From assembly GCF_000018105.1 (NCBI RefSeq), contig NC_009925.1:5520001-5552000 (forward strand): 32,000 nucleotides of DNA, read 5' to 3'. The translations under genes were made by a program, and so were the position numbers. Shown piece by piece: positions 9,101-16,585 of this stretch. This stretch comes from Acaryochloris marina MBIC11017 (GTDB lineage: Bacteria; Cyanobacteriota; Cyanobacteriia; Thermosynechococcales; Thermosynechococcaceae). Position 1 is the stretch's first letter, and each line of letters starts with the position of its first letter. The notes below the pieces were generated by a model. The model had not been told where the DNA came from and ran no database searches. It saw only the letters and a program-made list of their open reading frames with translations.

Positions 9101-9776
9101 CCATTAATTGCGAGAGCAGGGTTTGGGGTGGGCTAATACGGGTCAGCTCTGGATCGAGGGATTGCAAAATATCCACCAGCAAGTCTTCGGTTTTGGGGCC
9201 ATGGCGCACCGAGCGCCAAACGACCGCTTCAAACTCAGGGTGCAGATGTTTAACCAGCTTTACTGACAGGGAAGTTTTGCCGATGCCGCCGATGCCGAGC
9301 AGGGCCACAAGCTGACAGCGTTCAGTGCTCAGCCATTGACTGAGGGTGGCGAGTTCTTGAATGCGGCCATAGAAGTTAGAAATATCGACCGCTTCTCCTA
9401 AATCCAGGCGGTGATCAGTGGATACTGAATTTGCCAGGGCTTTGTCTGGACTAGGCTTTGCTTCAGGGCGGCGAAAATCTTCGTCTTGTAGGGGTAACTC
9501 AAAGGCAGTAAAGAATAACGACAGGGTGCGTTTATCCAGCCCCACTTCTCCGTCGAGGACTTTGGCCACGGTTTTGGCGTCGAGCTGGGTGCGGTCGCTG
9601 AGGTCTTGCAGGGTATAGCGACTATCTTGATTATTCTGGGCTTCGCTATCCTGGATGGCGGCTCGTAACCGCTCTAAGCCAATGCTGGTTAGAACAACGC
9701 CTCGTCTTCGCCTTTGCGGTGATTGCGGCATTTGCGATCGCACAACAATTCCCTTCAAACACCAGGGTATACCCAT
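6150..9776 (-). CDS. STAND NTPase: N-terminal HTH-like domain, NB-ARC-type P-loop ATPase, short pentapeptide linker and 14 WD40 repeats
   Basis: 1208 aa with Walker A LGIGGIGKTSL (about nt 9296), Walker B LLVLDNWE, and the linker LTGIDLSHLALWQADLRDTALMKVNMAGADLKDTVF. I parsed fourteen roughly 42-aa units by eye, each with an H...SV.FSPDG..LASGS.D.T.R.WD signature (about nt 6254-8009), which would make two 7-bladed propellers. The N-terminus (SIGLERLRAAI...YTLQDLSDRTQLDAKTVAKVLDG) looks like an XRE-type HTH. The start is either ATG 9776 or ATG 9731. Confidence 0.9.
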   Translation of the reverse strand: MGIPWCLKGIVVRSQMPQSPQRRRRGVVLTSIGLERLRAAIQDSEAQNNQDSRYTLQDLSDRTQLDAKTVAKVLDGEVGLDKRTLSLFFTAFELPLQDEDFRRPEAKPSPDKALANSVSTDHRLDLGEAVDISNFYGRIQELATLSQWLSTERCQLVALLGIGGIGKTSLSVKLVKHLHPEFEAVVWRSVRHGPKTEDLLVDILQSLDPELTRISPPQTLLSQLMAYLRQHRCLLVLDNWETLLESGADNAHPQAGQHKPTYQGYETLLRSLGETPHQSCLVITSREKPTTLAELEGPTVRALAMAGLEPEKALPLLTQKGLTGDTDAFQKLIQFYEGHPLGLKIVATAIQDIFAGDVQAFLAEGITVFNGLRILLDQQFQRLSPLEQDVMYWLAINRAPLTLADLRHDLVFPVAMPKLLEAMEALRRRSLCVVIKSGTELPQFTLQPVLMEYVTQRLIEDIGQSLLQPQGTEPSRLQSHALLKAQAKDSIRHSQRQVILQPVIDMLLSELHSTAAIEAQLRNQLKELAHLKDYAAGNCLNLMVQLQVDLTGIDLSHLALWQADLRDTALMKVNMAGADLKDTVFATAFPHVAATAFDPKGKRLATGHFANVIMLWDVQNPKQGSQAIGIFKSHQNNVWSVAFSVDGSILASASEDQTIRLWQVDTGQCLSIFTGHTDCVRSVVMHPDGQRLISAGEDRTWRIWDLQTGDCLQTTPGHEQGIWEIALSPDGHTLASASHDATVKVWDLETGRCLRTLKGHTDWLRTVAFSDDGQWLVSGGCDRTLRIWKVSSGQCVQVLTPHTQAIFSASFLPNRSVVASAGLDSTICITDLETGICQRRLLGHHSCINSVTCHPQGNLLASGGDEPMIRLYDLTTGQALQSWRAQVNSTLSIRHSPDGQTIVSGSTDGAIRFWQVATGTYQTYWQHQGWVYGLAFHPQGHLLASAGNDQQIRIWDVATKEVLQVLPGHGATIASLAFSPDGQWLASGSWDGTWRLWDVAKGQMVQAIPGHFVSGLSWGPDSQQIAIGSFDAHVQIYDVPSATLSQTLVGHPFWAWYVAWSPLGNRMATGGADQTLRIWDVDSGECLHVLTDHTDWVMGVAFSPDGQTVASCSKDETARLWSVETGQCLAKLSGHPSWSTAVEFSPDGQTLVTGSSELELRFWDVQTGTCRETWRADRLCEGLNLSNCQNLTAPQQEMLAFLGAISQS

Positions 9777-10091
9777 TCACTGAGTCGTGGCTTCCACTAT
9801 TTCCAAGTCATCCCATAAGCAGCTCTACTACCTGAACCTATGGATTCAGCGGCTGAACCATGGTGTGGAAGAGGGGCGAATGCTGGTCAATCTGCTGGAC
9901 TACATTCGTGAGCAAATTAGAGAAAGGACCCACAAGAATTGAATGCTCCTAAAAAGTCCACCAAATGGAAGGGGAAAGGTGATTTAATCAAGCAGCATCT
10001 GCAATGTCAAAGTCCATTTTCCCTAGCTGTGCCCCCTGGGCAATCGTCAGAAATAGTCTCGCATCACTAAATAGTCGAATTACGGTAGGTA

Positions 10092-10928
10092 ATGGTTGAC
10101 CTGAAAAAATCTCATATCTCATTCGAACTCAGTGTTGAAGGAAAACCTAAAAGCAAGGTCAGTGCAGCTTATATTGATATCGGGAATGGCTCAGCCATTT
10201 TATTCCTTCACGGTTTTTTCTCAGATGCAATGGTCTGGGAAGGCATCATCACAAACCTCAAAGATAAATACCGCTGTATCAGTCTAGATCTGTTGGGTTT
10301 TGGTCATTCTTCTCGATTAGACATTGAATATAAAGTTGATTCACAGGTCGCTTTTGCTAAGAAATTTATGGAAACGCTGGGGATTGAGCGTTTCTTTGTT
10401 GTTGGCCATTCTTTAGGGAGTTGGACCGCATCCCGTTTAGAACTTGCTGCCTCTGAGTCAGTATTAGGTCTTGTTCTGTTAGCTCCTGCAGGCGTTGGAG
10501 AGTATCTGGAACCGTATCGTATACTCATCCCTTTCTCTTGGAAAACACCAGTTGTTGATTGGTTAATTAACTTAGTCTCCCCTGCGTTGAAATTGACAGG
10601 GGCTGGAAATCTAGTACAGGAGATCAAGTTTATTAGAGAGAGGTTTTTGCATGATCCTGTCTTTCAGGCCTGGATACAAAGAGCATTTCGCCTAGAAATC
10701 AGTGATGAACTGATCCATGAGGTTGCAAAAAATATCCATTCTCCAACGTTCATTATTTGCGGCGAGTCAGACGAAACGATTCCAGTTGAATTTGGAGAGC
10801 ACCTTGAAGCAAATATTTCGAACGCAAAATTGCATGTTATTCCAGGTGCAGATCATCAACTCCCCACAAAATGTTGTCAGGTATTATCTGACTTAACTTT
10901 AGATTTTGTTAGCGGTGTTGCAGTATGA
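10092..10928 (+). CDS. Alpha/beta-fold hydrolase
   Basis: 278 aa with the oxyanion region ILFLHGFFSD, the nucleophile elbow GHSLGS, and the late acid/His region (GESDETIP...GADHQ). GC content is visibly lower (about 40% by hand count of the first 100 nt) than in flanking genes. Confidence 0.85.
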   Translation: MVDLKKSHISFELSVEGKPKSKVSAAYIDIGNGSAILFLHGFFSDAMVWEGIITNLKDKYRCISLDLLGFGHSSRLDIEYKVDSQVAFAKKFMETLGIERFFVVGHSLGSWTASRLELAASESVLGLVLLAPAGVGEYLEPYRILIPFSWKTPVVDWLINLVSPALKLTGAGNLVQEIKFIRERFLHDPVFQAWIQRAFRLEISDELIHEVAKNIHSPTFIICGESDETIPVEFGEHLEANISNAKLHVIPGADHQLPTKCCQVLSDLTLDFVSGVAV

Positions 10929-11049
10929 ATAGAGGTTGATGGATTTATGCATTGTTTTATCTCATCTGATGAGCTAGCTGTTTATCCGAGTTAGTCAACG
11001 GTTTAAGGCCTGAAGTGTTGGACAGCTTCAGGATATTGTGGAGGCAGAA

Positions 11050-11823
11050 ATGGATTACCTCAGTGTTAACCGGGAATCTTGGAATCGGCGGGCGGAGGTG
11101 CATTTTGTCTCTCAGTTTTATGACGTTGATGGGTTCTTGGCTGGCAAGTCATCCCTGACAGAAATTGAGCTAGCCGAACTCCCCAACGTATCTGGACAGC
11201 GTCTATTACACCTGCAGTGTCACTTTGGGTTAGATACACTCTCCTTGGCCAGAATGGGGGCCTTCTGCACAGGAGTCGATCTCTCTCCAGTTGCCATCGA
11301 TAAAGCATTGGAACTTAAGCGAAAAGCTAATCTGGATGCAACCTTTATCTGCTCGGATATTTATCACTTTGATCGAGGAGCAGAACCTCTCTATGACATT
11401 CTATTTACGTCTTATGGGGTGGTTTGCTGGCTTCCTGACCTGAGCCAATGGGCTGCAGTTATTTCAGCTAACTTGGCCCTGGGAGGCACTTTTTATATGG
11501 CGGAATTTCATCCTGTTTACGATCTCATCGCGGGCTACTCCTACTTTGCACAATCTGATCCAGATATTGAAGAAGAAGGCACCTACACAGAAAATAGCGG
11601 CAACTTAAAATCAACACTTATCACTTGGGCACACCCCCTCAGCTCAGTAATCAATGCTCTCATCAATACCGGAATTGAAATTCGTTGCATCAATGAGTAT
11701 CCTTTTAGCCCCTATCCATGTTTCGAGGGGGTTGAAGAGCGTGAACCCGGTAGATTTTATCTGCCTCATTTAGGACAAAACGTGCCCCTGGTTTACACAA
11801 TCCAGGGAAGGAAAGCTGCATAA
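11050..11823 (+). CDS. Class I SAM-dependent methyltransferase
   Basis: Motif I-like LLHLQCHFGLDTLSLARMGAFCTGVDLSPVAI. I chose ATG 11050 because GGAGG (11040-11044) lies 5 nt upstream. The track start GTG 11038 lies inside that Shine-Dalgarno sequence. Confidence 0.75.
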   Translation: MDYLSVNRESWNRRAEVHFVSQFYDVDGFLAGKSSLTEIELAELPNVSGQRLLHLQCHFGLDTLSLARMGAFCTGVDLSPVAIDKALELKRKANLDATFICSDIYHFDRGAEPLYDILFTSYGVVCWLPDLSQWAAVISANLALGGTFYMAEFHPVYDLIAGYSYFAQSDPDIEEEGTYTENSGNLKSTLITWAHPLSSVINALINTGIEIRCINEYPFSPYPCFEGVEEREPGRFYLPHLGQNVPLVYTIQGRKAA

Positions 11824-11852
11824 ACTCCTGAGGACTGGATTATTTCTAGGAT

Positions 11853-12476
11853 TTAGGAGGGCTTTTTGGCCACAATAAATACAGCTTTGCCTTTGTTGGG
11901 TTGCCATTGGTGGTCAATCTTAAAACGAGCATTCGTCAAACTGGTTGCAAGTTCATCTACCGTAAAGACCTTCACCAATGGAAAAAAACCAAAAAATTTG
12001 CCGATGGGGGCAATCCATTTAAACCAGGCCATCTGATCTCCTAAGCAGACTGTACTGGTAACGAAAATGCCACCGGGTTTGAGCATGTCAAACACCTTAG
12101 CAATGACGGCTTCCTTATCTTCCAATAAATGCAGAATACTGAGACCTAAGACAGCATCAAGGCTCTGATGGGGGATATCCAACTCATCAATGGTGAATTG
12201 TTCAAAGGTGAGGTTTGGGATATTCTGAGCAGCGGCTCTAGTCTGAGCGATGTCAATCATATTGGCAGAGAAATCAATGGCTCGAATATGTTTGACATAA
12301 GGGGCATGCACGATTGCAGTTGATCCAGTGCCACAACCAATCTCCAAGACTTCCATGTCTGGCTGAAAGTATTCTTGGGTCACTTGTAACTTTTTCTCGT
12401 AGGCGGCTACATCGGCAATGGGTTGTTTCAAATATCGATCAGCAATTTTGTCCCAAAACTTCGTAGACTGGCCCAT
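11853..12476 (-). CDS. Class I SAM-dependent methyltransferase
   Basis: Motif I VLEIGCGTGSTA and post-II LKPGGIFV. ATG 12476 is preceded by AAGGAGA on the coding strand. The 26-codon extension to 12554 in the track has no ribosome-binding site and looks non-protein-like. Confidence 0.8.
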   Translation of the reverse strand: MGQSTKFWDKIADRYLKQPIADVAAYEKKLQVTQEYFQPDMEVLEIGCGTGSTAIVHAPYVKHIRAIDFSANMIDIAQTRAAAQNIPNLTFEQFTIDELDIPHQSLDAVLGLSILHLLEDKEAVIAKVFDMLKPGGIFVTSTVCLGDQMAWFKWIAPIGKFFGFFPLVKVFTVDELATSLTNARFKIDHQWQPNKGKAVFIVAKKPS

Positions 12477-13088
12477 ACCCGTTCTCCTTTGATTTATGGA
12501 AGATCGTTGCAACCGACAGCGATTCGCTGCTGTGTCTATTCTAAATCCCCCCAACTTCTGACAGACGGCATCGATTTCAGTGACGATGAGTTTGGTATTG
12601 CAGAAGATGACCGTTCAGAATCCATCATTCATTTCCCTAGTTTGATCCGGATCACCTAGGTTCCTTAAGTTCCAGATTAGGCTTCCGATCTTCCCTGGAG
12701 GAACCGCCTTAGAATCGCGATAGTGCAGGTATGAAATCCATGGAAGGAATCGATCATGTTTGCACCACTTGTTGTCAGATTAGACCATGTCCTTGGCCAT
12801 CAGCGCTTTATCAGAATACGGGGAAAAGCCATTGCGACTCATACCCAAATCATCAATCAGTTTTGCGATTCAGTTGGACTAGAGCGGCCTTGTCGCCAAC
12901 ACCTGATCAAAGTTGCCCATCACAACGGCAAAAAGCTAGGGTTACTGGCCTAGCCCTTGTGATGCCCATCACCCAGTCAATCTATGGATATCACCACCTG
13001 CTTGGCATCGGATCACGGCTATCTCCCTTTATCTAAATCAGCATAGATAGCATCCAGTTCAATCCTCTTTCAAACCCGATATTCTGTC

Positions 13089-13274
13089 ATGAATCGGCAA
13101 ACGCGACTTATCCAATACCTGCAAGATGAACTAGCCCTCCCCCAGGATGCGCTCTCCTTGGCCACTCGGTTTCAAGATCGCACGGCTACCCAAATTCCGA
13201 TCATCCTGTGGCAGTATGGCCTCGTTAACATCGATCAATTGGGCCAGATTTACGATTGGTTAGCTTCTGTCTAA
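13089..13274 (+). CDS. Small conserved cyanobacterial protein (resembles DUF2949 family)
   Basis: 61 aa. RLIQYLQDELALP...IPIILWQYGLVNIDQLGQIYDWL matches my memory of the DUF2949 ILWQYGL..L.QI.DWL signature. The family assignment has not been verified. Confidence 0.65.
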   Translation: MNRQTRLIQYLQDELALPQDALSLATRFQDRTATQIPIILWQYGLVNIDQLGQIYDWLASV

Positions 13275-13392
13275 AAAGCGTTACTCTTTTGTCACTTTTT
13301 AGACGTGTCTTAACGGCTCTCTAAACCTTATTTTTAACCTAAATCATTCTTCAGTTTTTCATCCCATTCTTCTCACACCAACCCTCAATAGT

Positions 13393-13429
13393 CAGTATTA
13401 TTACGGTCGTGATAATACTGATTTTTTTA
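13393..13429 (+). terminator. Rho-independent terminator
   Basis: Perfect 9-bp stem cagtattat/ataatactg, extendable to 12 bp with t-g, a-t and c-g pairs around a ggtc loop. It is followed immediately by ATTTTTTTATTT. It lies 119 nt downstream of the 13274 stop. Confidence 0.7.
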
Positions 13430-13689
13430 TTTATTCCCTCAACAATCCCTTTTCGAAGTTCTCCATAAAATCACTCCGTAAATTCACGATTGTTCTCTCC
13501 AGCAAAGACTTGAGACAATAAGCACATATCTGAATCACTCCCCAGTTGTTCCTTCTGTGTTCCCCCTCTCATTACCTTGCGATCAACCGTTCGACTTCGA
13601 TATTTGTCGTTTTATCCTCTAAAAAAATTTAATATTGATAACCGGCACAATTATTCCCGCAATTTATCTGCTCGCATACGCTTTTGACC

Positions 13690-15105
13690 ATGGATGCCGA
13701 AAATTTGATCCGGTTCAGCCCGCTGAATGTTTTGCCGCGCAATCAACGCCTACTAAGTGGGCTGGTGTGTGGATTAGATTTATTCGTCATCCTCGGTCTT
13801 CTCTGGATGACGACTTTTTCGTTTGGCCCAGTCAGTTCCGATGAGCTAATGGCCCTGAGTGCGCTTCTGATGTTGATCGTGCCCACTATCTTTCAGAGCG
13901 TTGGACGCTATACCTTTCAGCCTGCCAATCCTCCTAAGCTAGACTACTCAAAGATTTGGCTGGGATGGGGAGTTGTCATAGCCGCCTTGCTGTTCCTGGA
14001 ATATATGAGTCACACCGCTTATCTTTCCAGCCTAGAGACTCGCCTTTGGTTGTTCCTAACCCCTTTGGGACTGTCTCTCCTTAATCCCATCATCCGTGGT
14101 CCTTTACAGCAGCGTGTATCAGGAGACTACAACCGTACCGCCATCATCGCGGGCACGGGAGAGATGGGCCAGCAAGTGGCCGATCAGCTTTGCCAAAGCA
14201 CGAAGTCCGGTATCAAGTTCTGTGGCTACTTTGCTGATAAAGGTACTAAACTCGAAGCCGAAAGCTGCCGACCGCTGATTGGCTACCTGGACGAACTGCC
14301 TGATTTTGTCCGACGCTCTCGTATTGATGTGGTTTACATCACCCTGCCCCTAAGTGAAGAAGCAGCCATCTCCGACCTGATTTTAGCGTTGCAAGATACA
14401 ACGGCCTGTGTGTATTTTGTCCCCAATTTGATGATGCTGAATTTGATGCAGGCTCGGATTCACGACCTCAATGGACTGCCCATGATCGCAGTGATGGAAG
14501 TGCCATTCTCTAAGGTTCAGGCCTGGATCAAGCGCTGTATTGATTTTGCGATCGCTGCCCTTATTTCCATCGCCATTTCCCCCCTGATGATCCTGATTGC
14601 GATCGCAGTCAAGCTGTCTTCTCCTGGTCCAGTCCTCTTCAAACAGCAGCGCTATGGTCTCAATGGCGGCAATATCGTCGTCTATAAATTTCGCTCCATG
14701 CGGGTGATGGAAGACGGAGCAAAAGTCACCCAAGCCACCCAAGGCGATCCACGTATTACTAAAGTTGGGGCTTTTCTGCGTCGCACCTCCTTAGACGAAC
14801 TGCCCCAATTTATTAACGTCTTGCAGGGTCGCATGAGTCTAGTAGGTCCCCGTCCCCATGCCGTTGCTCACAATGAGCACTACCGCAAACTGATTCAGGG
14901 TTATATGCTTCGCCATAAGGTCAAGCCTGGGATAACGGGTTGGGCTCAGGTCAACGGCTATCGAGGCGAAACCGAAACCTTAGATAAAATGGAAAAGCGG
15001 GTGGAATACGATATCCACTATTTGAACCATTGGTCCCTGTGGCTCGATATTAAAATTATTTTGCGCACCGCCCTCGTCTTTTTCAACCACCAAAATGCTT
15101 ACTAG
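13690..15105 (+). CDS. Undecaprenyl-phosphate hexose-1-phosphate transferase (WcaJ/EpsL-type exopolysaccharide priming sugar transferase)
   Basis: Several N-terminal TM helices precede the C-terminal bacterial sugar transferase domain (KRCIDFAIAALISIAISPLMILIAIAVKLSSPGPVLFKQQRYGLNG..YKFRSM...DELPQFINVLQGRMSLVGPRP). ATG 13690 is preferred over TTG 13684. Confidence 0.9.
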   Translation: MDAENLIRFSPLNVLPRNQRLLSGLVCGLDLFVILGLLWMTTFSFGPVSSDELMALSALLMLIVPTIFQSVGRYTFQPANPPKLDYSKIWLGWGVVIAALLFLEYMSHTAYLSSLETRLWLFLTPLGLSLLNPIIRGPLQQRVSGDYNRTAIIAGTGEMGQQVADQLCQSTKSGIKFCGYFADKGTKLEAESCRPLIGYLDELPDFVRRSRIDVVYITLPLSEEAAISDLILALQDTTACVYFVPNLMMLNLMQARIHDLNGLPMIAVMEVPFSKVQAWIKRCIDFAIAALISIAISPLMILIAIAVKLSSPGPVLFKQQRYGLNGGNIVVYKFRSMRVMEDGAKVTQATQGDPRITKVGAFLRRTSLDELPQFINVLQGRMSLVGPRPHAVAHNEHYRKLIQGYMLRHKVKPGITGWAQVNGYRGETETLDKMEKRVEYDIHYLNHWSLWLDIKIILRTALVFFNHQNAY

Positions 15106-15286
15106 CTCTGTTAAGTTTTTCTGAAAATCGTTCCGGCATACAAACACCTGCGTTAAGCTTGCTCCCGAAAATGCCCTCGACTTAAATGGCTTCATCGTCA
15201 AGCAATATTTGAGCTAGAGTGTATCGGGCGAGTGACCGTTAACTGCCCAGACCGGTTTCGTAAGCACCCATCCAATAGGCAGAGTG

Positions 15287-16585
15287 ATGAGCACGTTAGC
15301 CAATCGCTACAAAATTATCAAGAACCTCGGCGCAGGCGGATTTAGTCAAGTCTACTTGGCGAAGGATTTACAGCGGGATGATCACCGTCGATGTGTGATT
15401 AAAAAGCTGCAGCCCAAATCCGATGATCCCTTCACGGTGAGAACCTCCAGGCGCCTTTTTAAAACGGAGGTTAATGTCCTCCAAAAGCTGGGCAATCATG
15501 ACCGCATTCCCCAACTCTTTCTCTCCTTTGAAGAAGATCGGCAGTTCTATTTAGTTGAGCAATATATAACAGGCCAGAGTCTCAGTCGCGAGCTGAATTG
15601 GTGGCACTGGACCGAAGCCAAAACCGTGGCCTTTTTGCAGGACATTCTGGAAACCCTGGCCTTTGTCCATCGCAAGCAGGTGATCCATCGGGATATTAAA
15701 CCTGAAAATTTAATCAGACGCGATCATGATCAACGGATTGTCTTGATTGATTTTGGTTCTGTCAAGAAACGTCAGCAGTCTGAACATACTGCCATTGTGG
15801 GGACCAAAGGCTACATGCCCCTTGAGCAACTTTTGGGCAAACCTCGCCTCAATAGTGATGTTTATGCTGTCGGTATGATTGCCCTCCGAGGTCTCACAGG
15901 CATCAATCCGGCCAAAACTGCTTTTCCGACAGACCCAGATACGGGTGAGTTGCTTTGGCAACATAAAACCGATGTCAGCCCTGAACTGGCCCAAGTTCTC
16001 AACACCATGGTCCGCCAGGATCATCGGCATCGTTACCCCTCGGCTCAGGAAGCTCTAAAAGCAGTCAGTCAACTGGGTGAAATCCCAGCTCCGAGTCGGC
16101 GTCGTCTACTGCAAGCCGCAGGCTTAAGCGTTATGGGTTTGCTGGGAACCGGCATGGCTTATCCGGCCTTTAGCCAGGAACTCCCCAACCGCAAGCCTCC
16201 CTCATCGTTCCCTGGTCATTCACCCGTTGCTGACAAATCTCCCACCCCTGAGCAAGAGGTATCGGTTGAGAAATCCCCCAATTCTGAGGGGAAAGGTACC
16301 ACCTCCAAGGAGAGAAAAGAACCTTCTCCAGCATCCCCCGCTCTAGCAGCGGCCCCTCAACGTCTGGATAAGCAAGAACTGCTCCGTCGATACGGCTCCT
16401 ATAACGAGTGTCGCAAGGTTGCGAAAGCCAACGGCATTAAATTCTCGACGACGCCCACTTGGGATAAGTTGGTCTATGCCTTTAGCTATTCCGAAGCCCT
16501 GCAACAAATGAGTCAGGTTTATCTCAAGACCTATCCCAACCCGGCCTTGGCGGGCATTTCTCTGGAGCTGCCTCTACAGAGCTGA
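15287..16585 (+). CDS. Hanks-type Ser/Thr protein kinase with one TM segment and an extracytoplasmic C-terminal domain
   Basis: G-loop GAGGFSQVY, catalytic Lys in CVIKK, HRDIKPENL, DFG and GTKGYMPLE. These are followed by RRRLLQAAGLSVMGLLGTGMAYPAF (TM), a P/S/E-rich linker and an unassigned tail of about 80 aa. Confidence 0.9.
   Translation: MSTLANRYKIIKNLGAGGFSQVYLAKDLQRDDHRRCVIKKLQPKSDDPFTVRTSRRLFKTEVNVLQKLGNHDRIPQLFLSFEEDRQFYLVEQYITGQSLSRELNWWHWTEAKTVAFLQDILETLAFVHRKQVIHRDIKPENLIRRDHDQRIVLIDFGSVKKRQQSEHTAIVGTKGYMPLEQLLGKPRLNSDVYAVGMIALRGLTGINPAKTAFPTDPDTGELLWQHKTDVSPELAQVLNTMVRQDHRHRYPSAQEALKAVSQLGEIPAPSRRRLLQAAGLSVMGLLGTGMAYPAFSQELPNRKPPSSFPGHSPVADKSPTPEQEVSVEKSPNSEGKGTTSKERKEPSPASPALAAAPQRLDKQELLRRYGSYNECRKVAKANGIKFSTTPTWDKLVYAFSYSEALQQMSQVYLKTYPNPALAGISLELPLQS

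Noticed and set aside
9787-9942. A 51-codon plus-strand ORF ((V/M)ASTISKSSHKQLYYLNLWIQRLNHGVEEGRMLVNLLDYIREQIRERTHKN) divergent from the STAND gene
   Set aside because: The helical-looking sequence is tempting, but it has only a GTG start, no Shine-Dalgarno sequence and no family I recognise, and it is below any length where chance can be excluded. It is worth a tblastn but not a call.
10092-12476. Whether the two methyltransferases could be DNA methylases of a restriction-modification or defence system
   Set aside because: Both have small-molecule/class I Rossmann-type motifs only (VLEIGCGTG, LKPGGIF). They lack DPPY/NPPY or PCQ DNA-methylase motifs, target-recognition domains and any adjacent nuclease.
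12423-13036. Track ORFs 12423..12659, 12731..13036 and 12756..12953 as genes
   Set aside because: The first overlaps the methyltransferase start region and has a random-looking N-terminus. The second is Cys/Pro/Ser-rich. The third has no RBS or recognisable motif. I report the region as unexplained sequence rather than as CDSs.
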